DNA of 64,000 bases. It comes from Eledone cirrhosa. Lineage: Eukaryota. How positions within the stretch are numbered: position 1 is the stretch's first letter; the number at the start of each line of letters is the position of its first letter. The translations under genes and the position numbers were made by a program. The DNA is taken from contig OZ024748.1 of the NCBI GenBank assembly GCA_964016885.1, positions 9,672,001 to 9,736,000 on the forward strand, written 5' to 3'. The notes under the pieces were generated by a model. That model was not told the origin of the DNA. It made no database searches and worked only from the letters and a program-made list of their open reading frames with translations. Below are positions 54,735-64,000 of this stretch, piece after piece.

Positions 54735-55345
54735 TTAATATTATCTGTGATCTCAAAAAGCTTTCAATACCGTATCATACACAGCTATATGGATAAAGCC
54801 GAAACGATTTGGTTGACCTGATCATTTTATGGAACTCATCCGGGCACTTCATGATGGAATGAGAGCACAGATGACATGTCAAAACAATACATCAGATGTC
54901 CCAATCACCATTGGTTTAAACCTTATTCTTCCTATTTCTTGCCATCATGCTTTACAAAATTCTGCCTAATAACCATGGTGAGAGATCAATTATCAATTTG
55001 ATGGTGGACTCTACAATTTGTCCAGACTCCAATTCCGAAGACTGACCAACAGGCCTCATATCACTGAACTGAAGTATCCTGACAACAATGCCTCACCTGT
55101 TCAATTACACCAAGAAAAACAGGAATCTGTTAACTTCAAAATGCGAAAGATCGCTTTGGTCTGACAATCAGCATCCAGCAGACTAAAATACTTACACAAC
55201 CTGCTCCAACTCAATTCTTTCAGATTTCAACATCACCATCTCCAATACACCACTGGAATAACTAGTTCCAATACCTTTGTAACATCCTCTCCACACAATG
55301 TAACTCTGACAAGACATCAGATGCCTCTGTCACTTTTGGAAAACT
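54735..55345 (+). mobile_element. Degraded RTE/BovB-like RT fragment
   Basis: LIRALHDGMRAQ, YQFDGGLYNLSRL, ITELKY.D, FGLTIS motifs with frameshifts. Confidence 0.72.
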
Positions 55346-56312
55346 CAAGTTTTGGGATACAAAAACCAGGCTGTTCTGTTGGTCAAATTACTCATTATCG
55401 GAAATGATGGAGGTCCAACAAAAACAACACTTTAAAAATGTCTGGCCTGGTTTTTTGCCCTCCTCATTCCTCATTTCTGAGGGTTGGGGGACCATAGACA
55501 ATTGCTGAAGGTTGGGGGACCATGGAAATTACACCAATGTTCATCAATATGATTCTCATCAGGTAAAAAGTGACGTCAGTTGGTCCCAAATCCTCATCCA
55601 ACCACATTGCTTAGAAGCTGCAGCTCATGTGTTTTCATCAGATAAAGTTGTTGGCCACTTGAAAGGTTGTGATCAAGATGACTAAGGGATTCCATATGTC
55701 CCAGTTTTGAAATCAGAGAGATCCTTCAACCAGACAGACTGCCATCCAACACTAATGATGTAGTAGTCTAGCAATTATAAACTTTTCCAAATGGAGTCTT
55801 ATACACTGGACTAGTGTCCCATTTAGGTAGAAATCTTATACAATGGACAAGTGTCTCATCTTGGTGGGAGTCTTATACACTGGACTAGTGTACCATCAGG
55901 TGGAAGTCTTATACTCCCAATCACTCAACAATTCAATAACTGTCCATTTTAAAATATATTTATATGAAAACTTTCCAACATAATGTTTTTATCTAGGAAT
56001 ATTTTAAGTTGTTCCAAAACATCAGCTGAATGAAAGGGCTCATTAAAAAAAATAATTGAAATACATAGGCAATGTTCTTCTTGAAAAATATAACATGTTT
56101 AATGCCAAAGAAATTGGGATGTTTCAGCCAAATCATCCTGTTTTGGGACAGACTTTTTTCCTTAAACTAAAATTGAACAAAATCCATAGAGATAATGAAT
56201 AAATTATGGTTTTAATGTCAACCTTTTAAACAATATAATGAAAACACAAACACTATTTGTACAAATGATATTAAAAAAATGATCAGAATTCATTTCTCTC
56301 TTTCTTTTGATG

Positions 56313-56404
56313 CTATGTAGCTGAATTTTTCTTTTGACCACTTGGGACATTGTCGAATTCATCTAAAAATTTCTCTTGGCGTACAGCTGTCATGGAATAG
56401 ATAT
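56313..56404 (-). CDS. COA3: COA3 exon 2 (terminal, TAG)
   Basis: (Y)IYSMTAVRQEKFLDEFDNVPSGQKKNSAT*; Y.YS..AV.QE.FLD motif; phase 1 fits; 92 aa total. Confidence 0.92.
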
Positions 56405-58123
56405 CTTCAGTTTGTTAAGAAATAAGAACAGAAATTTGTAGAAGGAGTTAATGCAATTTCCAGTTTTTTTGGGTTTTTTTTTACAGTTTAATCACAAAGA
56501 GAAAGGTAGGGTCCAATGCCTCTAACCCTTTTTGGGGGCCTCACAGACAGATGGCAAATACGGGGACTTGGTGTGAATACTTGCAGCAGAGTGGACTCTG
56601 TTAGAGGCATTGAAAAGTCAAGTAGTGATATTATACTGAGTGACCTCAGAATACAATAGTTGGTGGTGTTAAAATAGACAACAGATTAAGTCAACCAAAT
56701 ATTTTTGAGGAAGGATCAGTGTGGTGAGTCTAAATTATGGTTTGTAGTCCCCTAGTAAGAAGCAAAGGGGTTGTTGAGTAGAAAGGCCCTACAAAAGCCA
56801 GGGATCTATGGGTATCACACCAGTACATAACTGGTACTTTATTTCATGACCATGTTTCGGACTTCCTCTACCACACACGAGTTATCTACCTTGGATACTA
56901 ATCTTACGAAACAACAACCTTGACAAAAACATCTAAATATAGATTTATAGCAATAACCTTTTCTACTTTTGGCACAGCAATAATAATAACCGGTTAGATA
57001 AACAGGACGATGTCAATTAACTTCATACCTCACAGGGAAGTTTTTATCAATCTTACTCCTTTATATTATTGAAAAATAAACCATATCTGTCAAAATATTG
57101 GAGTTGAAGGAAACATGATTAATTTCAGTAAAATTATAAAGTGAACGAGGTCGTCCTGCTAGAAACAGAAGTTAATTCACCCTAAATACTCTAATCTGAA
57201 ATAAGGAAGCGACATATTAGATAATATAATTGTCGAAATCCCTAAAAAGATCGCAATGGTTTCGATTGACGTGGGGTTACAAAACAACAAAGATTGTATT
57301 TGTTATATAAAGTCAGGTACATATTTAGTATAACTTACATTTTGTGTCTGAATTGTGAAAAACAATAGAAATAAAGAGCTACAGTAAAGTAGATTGATAC
57401 GTGTAGCCTTAATATAATTTCCAGGGAGATTCAGCATGACATAGTATGTGAAATAGGTCCTCTCCACCCGACAGACCTCAACTTTCTCAGACTCCACCTA
57501 TAATTTCACTGACGTAGCTATGGTAAAAGATACTTGCTCAAGATGTCATGAAGTGGGATTAAACCCGAAGCCCCCATAATTGTGAAGGGAACTTGCTGCA
57601 TCCTACAGTCTATGTTTCTAATTACTATCTATGCTTGGCTCGTCTCGTTTGGAGATCCAGCCGGATCAGTTGGAGACGTTTACTTCTGACAGAACCCACT
57701 TGAAGTGTTTGCCACGACCCTCCCAGGAATAAGTGGGAGAGGAAGATTCTAACAAGTGTCTAAGAATGAAGTAGTTTAAAATAAACAAGGAAGCTAAATA
57801 CTTTTCTTTTTTTCAGTTTAATATATTTACCTATATATACAACATATTTTTTATTGGCAGCATGACCCCCCCCCCCCCCAAATATAACAATATATACATA
57901 TATATTTTTTTAATTTTAATTAAACATAAAACCAAACAAATACTTCGTCATGCCACAAAATATCAATTTATATGTAAATAAACAAATATATATCATTGAT
58001 AACCTTGGGAAAGGAATGAACATCACAACATCCTATATCTAAATCACTAGAATTCTCGTAATGAATTTGTTTGTGTATGTATGTGAGTATATATACATCA
58101 ACACAAGTTAACGTGAAGGATAC
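56405..58123 (-). other. U12-type (minor spliceosome) GT-AG intron of COA3
   Basis: 5'ss GTATCCTT; branch TTTCTTAAC (56414-56422) followed by only AAACTGAAG to the 3'ss; no polypyrimidine tract. Confidence 0.9.
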
Positions 58124-58310
58124 AGATGGCGAGAACGCAACCTCCGATTAGAAAACCTGTCATGAGGTTTCGACGTTTCAAACTTCTGAGGCTCTGGGCC
58201 CTCTCTTTGTTTATACCCTCAAGTTTACGAACAAAATATTTCTGTGATTCACTTAAACCTGGGAATTCTTTCTGCATATCGACCTTCGGCATTTCTTTGC
58301 TGTCCGCCAT
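58124..58310 (-). CDS. COA3: Cytochrome c oxidase assembly factor 3 (COA3/CCDC56) exon 1
   Basis: AAAC ATG GCG; MADSKEMPKVD..SQKYFVRKLEGINKERAQSLRSLKRRNLMTGFLIGGCVLAI; basic coil + RN..TG..IG..VLAI TM motif of COA3; donor T|GTATCCTT. Confidence 0.9.
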
Positions 58311-58325
58311 GTTTGATTTTGAACA

Positions 58326-58360
58326 GGAAGTGACGTTTTTACGCAACACGGGAAGTGACG
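58326..58360 (+). promoter_or_regulatory. Two GGAAGTGACG (ETS/GABP overlapping half-CRE) motifs upstream of the COA3 ATG
   Basis: Exact 10-mer at 58326-58335 and 58351-58360. Confidence 0.55.
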
Positions 58361-58567
58361 ACACAGCTGTAAGAGATGAGGACATGGCAAGATGTTACCA
58401 ACTAAAGAAACGTCAGGAAAGACAAGACCGGGGACCAAAGCCACCGTTTTTAACAGGCAATGTGGCCTGTTGTCATCAAAAGTCGTCAAACCTGATATTG
58501 GCAGAAGGCCAACCTTTTTTGTGTGTGTGTGTGGGGGGGGGGGGGTGATTAAATCGGCTTCAGTGTG

Positions 58568-58696
58568 TGTACTTTATTTATCGACTCCTGTAAGGAAGAA
58601 AGGCAAAGCTAATCTCAGCAGGATTTGAACTCAGGGCTGTAACTAAATGATGCAAAGCATGTTGTCCAATGCTCTACCGATTACTGCCAAATCCAC
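58568..58696 (-). mobile_element. Diverged SINE copy upstream of COA3
   Basis: gtactttatttatcgactcc..ggatttgaactcag..ctctaccgattactgccaaatcc. Confidence 0.7.
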
Positions 58697-59084
58697 CAAG
58701 TGTTTCATTATGAATGTGTTAAGCTGTGATCATGTCAAAACTATCTCAGTAACCAGATGTCATATATGCGGATTTTTGTCCGTCATCTGTGACATTTACT
58801 CCAGAAGAACCCCAGGTTTCCATGAAATGAAGTATTTTAATAAAATGTTAATATAGACGCAGGCATGACTGCTTGGATGTTGTGACACCTTGACCAATGC
58901 TTTGTCTCCTACTGTAGCCTTCAGTTAACTAGTGCCATGACAGTGAAAACTGGTGTATCATCATCATCATCATCATTTATCTTTCTCTGCTGGTAAGGGT
59001 TGGACAGACTGTCACTGGCCAAGTCAGAATTTAATCTCTGCTGCTGACCTCTGAGTGTACCAGGTGTATTTTGTCATGGTATAT

Positions 59085-59258
59085 ATCATCATCATCATCA
59101 CCGTTTTACGTCCGTTCTTCCACGCTAGCATGGGTTAGACGGGTTGTCCTGTTGTGGGCAGTGTCTGGTCGGCTTACCATGCCTTGCTCATACAGGAACT
59201 GATTTGGCTTGATTTCTACAGCTGGATGCCCTTCCTAACACCAACCTCATTTACAGTG
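59085..59258 (-). mobile_element. Copy of the (GAT)n-tailed SINE-like family
   Basis: catcatcatcaccgttttacgtccg..gcatgggttagac..gctggatgcccttcctaacaccaac. Confidence 0.7.
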
Positions 59259-59466
59259 ATAATAATAATAATAACAACAACACTAATAATTACAATAATA
59301 ACAACAACAAGAACAATAATTACAACTTAAACAATAACAAGATCAATATTAACAGCAGCAACAATGAACACAACAATACCAACAGCAAAAATAACATCAA
59401 CAACAATGAACATAATACCAACATCAATAGTAATGATAACATCAACAATAACAACAGCAACAATAC
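59259..59466. repeat. Degenerate (AAC/AAT)n trinucleotide microsatellite
   Basis: Directly visible. Confidence 0.9.
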
Positions 59467-59606
59467 CGCCTACAAAAGAGAGTAAAGGATTGTAATGGTG
59501 TGTTGGTTTGTTGTCACTTAGTTCCAATAAAAGACAAAATGTAATACCATGTTATGTTGGGTAACTTTTAGATTCTATATCAAAGTCAATGTGTTTCACA
59601 AATAAT

Positions 59607-59796
59607 TATTTCTACTTTTGGCACAAGGCCAGCAATTATCCCAGTACATTACTGGTACTTTATTTTATCGACCCCGTAAGGATGAAAGGCAAAGTTAACC
59701 TCGGCGGGATTTGAACTCAGACCATAAAGGGCCGTAACTCTTTGCTGCAAAGCATGGCGTCCGACCCTCTACCGATACTGTCAATCCACCGCCCTC
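59607..59796 (-). mobile_element. Full-length tRNA-type SINE with 17-bp target-site duplication
   Basis: Minus strand has an A-box-like head and B-box GAGTTCAAATCC; flanked by tgtgtttcacaaataat at 59590-59606 and 59797-59813. Confidence 0.85.
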
Positions 59797-60553
59797 TGTG
59801 TTTCACAAATAATAATATAATGAGTCAGTTGAAATATTTAGATCTTTAGTTTTGGTCCCTTTCATCTTTCCAACAGAATAGAAAGTGTTAATTTAACTGG
59901 AAAGAATCGGTTCTGCTCAAACATGACTCAATGCCTTTCATTAGAAACCAATTGAAGTTATACAAGTGGACTTATCTCTGTTTTACTGCTCAATGAGGCT
60001 TTTGATATCACGTACATTGTTGGGTGTAGATAGTAATAATGCTATATATATGTGTGTGTATGTATAAAGTTATTTCTGTATACATACAGAGTGGGTAACC
60101 AAGACTACACCAATGTGTATATAAATATACACATTTTTGAAATAGAAATTTCTCTGACTTGAAAAATGATAAACACCTTTAATTAATTTTCTGGCCTAAC
60201 TGGACCTTCATAAGGTGAGTATATACTATCTAAATAACTACAAAGAAACATGTATTTGATGGGTTTAAAAACTCCATTTGCTCTTAGCATGATTCTGAAA
60301 TAGATGTTCTAATTTGCACTCATGTTGGCAATTAATTAAGATATATATTAAGAAGTGTTTCGCTAAAGTTATATTTGTATGCATAGTTTTTGCTGAGAAC
60401 AAAAGATGCTAGACAAGGTTCAATTCCAGGTTAAAAAGTGTAGAAGAGTTCAGAAAAGAGAGTGCATCCTTGTTCAAAGAATACACTCAAGAAAAAGCAT
60501 GGAGGGAACTCTATATGTGGTAGCATATATAGTCCTTTGATAAAGGCAGAACA

Positions 60554-60734
60554 TTAAGCCTTTACCATTCATATTACTCTATATTTACTATTGTATTTTC
60601 ATGGTAAAGGCTTTACCTCACATAATATCGAATTTATGAGATTTTGAGAGCAATACCTTAATGTCAGTATAAGTGGCTGTTTACAGCCAATTTGAACAGA
60701 AATAGGTGAGAGATTTCTGGCCGGTTTAAATGCT
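60554..60734. mobile_element. MITE family A copy, one end truncated
   Basis: Body matches the family; ends at gtttaaatgct. Confidence 0.75.
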
Positions 60735-61214
60735 GGGAGTGAGGCAAGAAGGTAAGTAGGATTCATGTGCTACACAACTGTTGACCCCACAGGATGGTAC
60801 CACAATATAAGGTAAGGTCAATGTTAGGGCTGACGTGGACCCTTAGTTCAGACTAATTAAACACTAAAGAGAGAGTGAAGGAAACCTAAGGAGAGAATAG
60901 GAAAAAGAAAATAAAGAAGAGACAAAAAAGTAGTATACACATAAAATGAATATAGGTTCCTTTATGTGGTATAAAGTTCTCAGGGTCATAGACAGATTAC
61001 CTGAATAGTGTTAAACAATTATAATAAACAGGTTAGCCCTCTTTATACAAACTTGAAAAAGAAAAGAAATATTGCATCTGGGTGTGTGTGTGATTGTGTT
61101 GGTGTGTATTTAAGTGAGTGCATTTTAATATAGATATGTATGTACACACACACTATATATATTGCATAAGTCGACCCAACCGAGAGACTGGTTGTATAAG
61201 TTAGCAGTAGTATA

Positions 61215-61885
61215 GTAAGTAAGGCAAGGATATGAAGACAGGCAGGGCAGCTAGACCCTCATGGATAGTTGTCTAGATGCTGAAAGCAGGAATGGTGGGC
61301 CACACCATAGTCTCCTGCATTCTAAACCAAGTTATACAAAATGGTGTCATACCCAATGACTGGTGTAGCAGCATTGTTAACTGTTACAAGGGCAAAATTG
61401 ATGCTCTAGACAAAACTATAGAGGCATTAAGTGGGTTGACTAGGTCATGAAGGTCACTGAAAGAGTCATAGCACAGCTGATTACGGATCGAATTAACCTA
61501 TATAAGATGCAGTTTGGATTTGTGCCAGGTAAAAGTATCACAGACACCCTCATCCTTGTGAGGAAACCGAAGGAGAAGTATCTAACAATAGGTAAATGCT
61601 TCTGCTTGGCTTTTGTGGACCTAGAGAAAGCTTTTGACAGAGTCCCTCATTCCATTATCTGGTAGGTTCTTCGAAAACTAGGAACAGATGAGTGGCTTGT
61701 GAGAGGAACAGCAAGCAAGGTCGGAATTAACAATGACTAGTGAAGAATTTAGCGTGTAGGTAGGTGCTCATCAGGGCTCAGTTCTTAGCCCTCTCCTGTT
61801 TATTATCGTCCTACAGGGGAGTTTAAGACTGGCTGCCCATGGGAACTTCAGTATGCAGATGACCTAACCCTTATAGCTGAATTAG
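61215..61885 (+). mobile_element. Degraded RTE-like RT fragment
   Basis: NYRGIK, MQFGFVPGKS.TD, AFVDLEKAFDRVP, HQGSVLSPLLFII, ELQYADDL. Confidence 0.85.
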
Positions 61886-63420
61886 ACATGTTTTTAAACC
61901 TGTAATACAACAAACATCAACCACAACAATGTTGTAAACTTGTCTTACTAGAATTGTAGTTTTAAATTGTTTTTTTACTACATTTTTCTTTTGAAAAAAT
62001 TAATTTTTTAAAAATATCTTGATATACGAATTTCTTTTGTTTGTTCATTTTTCTGGCATGGGTTGGATAAGTTGTCATGGTCCAACACTAAGTGGGTTAT
62101 TAAACAACATCTCATTCCTATGAAGCAGTATTTTTATAGCTGTTTGCCCTTCACAACGATGTAGTCTTAGGTTTTATCCCATGGTGAGAATTTGATAGAA
62201 ACTGCATAAAACCTGGCTGTTAGTACAATATAATTTATAATTCCCAGTGTGTATATATATAGATACAAATCCTATGGTCATTCGTGACCGAAGGGTGTCT
62301 TCACCTTTTTATATATATAGGCAAAATAATAAAATTATGATATATTAGTTAAACATTTTATGCATTAGGGAAAGTGTCTTGATGTTTTGGATGCTACTCC
62401 TTCATCAAAAGAGAGAAATAAGAAGATAAGAGATACACATACGTACATATATACACATTCATATATACATACGTACATACACACATACATGTATGTATAT
62501 ACATATATGTATATATACGCACATACATACATGTGTGTATATAGGGAGATAGATATAGATATGTATATACATATATACACACATACAATATATACATACA
62601 TACAATATATACACAAATACGTATATTGTTTGAATAAGATTCTATCAAAACAAATGCCAGACTTGTTAAGCGTGCTACATCAGGTGTTTCAAGTTAGATT
62701 ACCTGAACAATATTAAAGATAAGATTACAATGAATTCTTAGGAAGAAACTTCTAGAAAAAAGTCCTTTTTAAAGCAGCAAGTTTCAACACTCAGCTGAAC
62801 TTATCATTCTTGAAAAGAACAAAGAAATTGATAAGATATTGGATTATTAAACAATAACAACAACAACAACAATTGTGCAATCTTGTTGGTAATGTTACTT
62901 GAGAGAAAAATGACAGTAAATTGGTTCAAATAATAATTTTGTCAGCGTAAAAATAGCACAAAAATAATTTCAATAAAATAGTAAATTATGTTACGTGAAA
63001 TATTTCTAAATTATTTATTGTGTTCCAATAAAAACATTATTTGACTTAACAGAACTGTTAAAGTAGGGGACAAAATGTTTGGTAATGTTTACTTTTGAGT
63101 ATCTGTGTTGTGAGTTCTAATACTATGTCAATGATGATGATGAGATCACACACATGGTAGTTGTGGGTGTCAGGTAAATATAAGATGTAATGTATGAAGA
63201 ATACATTTTCAAAATGGATGAAAAGTGAATGAAAAGCGAAAAGTTGGAAAGTTGACAAAATGGAAAAATTAAAAATTAAAAATTGAAAAAATATAAGAAT
63301 TAGAAGAATATAAAAATGGTGGAGGTCATGGAATATAATGTATGATATATAACACATAAGAGTAGTGAAATATATGAAACAGGTTGTTTTTGATGCTGGG
63401 TTACCCACAGTTAGTGAGGC

Positions 63421-63612
63421 TTAACCTTTACCATTTACCTTTATATTTTCACGATGAAGGCTTTATCTCACATAATATCAAATCTATGAAATTTTGATAT
63501 TATTTATTTTGAGAACAATACCTTAACATAAGTATGAGTGGCCAGTTACAGTCAGTTTGAACAGAAAGAGGTGATAGAATTCTGGCCAAATATGGCTAGT
63601 TTAAAGGGTTAA
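63421..63612. mobile_element. MITE family A copy
   Basis: ttaacctttaccattta...aaagggttaa. Confidence 0.8.
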
Positions 63613-64000
63613 GGGGTGGTAGTGGTTGCTGACATAGTCTTGATGGGGAGGGGGGTCGCTACACACACATATATATGACTATCTGCCTAGTGTTGAGGAT
63701 CTTAGCCCTATGTTTGGCAAGTTTTCAATGGTTGGATGCCCTTCATAAAACCAAGCCCTTTATAGAATATACTGGGTACATTTTATCATAGCCCCAGCAG
63801 AAGTGAGTTTAGTATGTGTGGTTAAAAAACAGCTTGGCAACTAAATAATTCCTTAAAATGTTCTCATAGTCGAAATAATGGAAGATGAAGACACAGAACT
63901 ATTAAATACAATGTGTATAACAAAACCATGTGATTACAGAAGACAACACAACAACAAAACAACACGTGATAAACGGCCATATTGAAATAGTTGAGATATT

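Noticed and set aside
58126-58548. 140-aa plus-strand ORF
   Set aside because: Antisense shadow of COA3 exon 1 and promoter, running into (TG)n/poly-G.
59700-59796. tRNA gene (B-box GAGTTCAAATCC)
   Set aside because: Part of a multi-copy SINE with TSDs; no full cloverleaf evident.

Overview
AT-rich, intron-rich eukaryotic DNA. The (AT)n/(CAT)n microsatellites, RTE/CR1 LINE relics and SINEs are most consistent with an octopod cephalopod (inference). Three minus-strand genes can be reconstructed by hand with phase-consistent splice junctions: (1) the 5' part of FoxK (FHA + forkhead; 5 exons 27403->712, with a 22.9-kb first intron, continuing beyond the left edge); (2) a complete 11-exon IFT46 (53808->46994, 357 aa); (3) a complete 2-exon COA3/CCDC56 (58310->56313, 92 aa) whose single intron is U12-type. 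The rest is transposon relics (a TTAA-flanked piggyBac-like MITE in about 10 copies, a young tRNA-type SINE with TSDs, RTE, CR1, CRE-like and Gypsy fragments) and minisatellites. No prokaryote-type system or CRISPR array is supported. The best leads are: a non-canonical TT-AG or atypical donor in IFT46; a CpG-rich internal first or poison exon in FoxK intron 1 that could yield an FHA-less isoform; an orphan 177-codon frame broken by a single TGA; a pre-miRNA-like intronic hairpin; the U12 intron; and repeated MITE insertion into the same TTAA of a host MITE.
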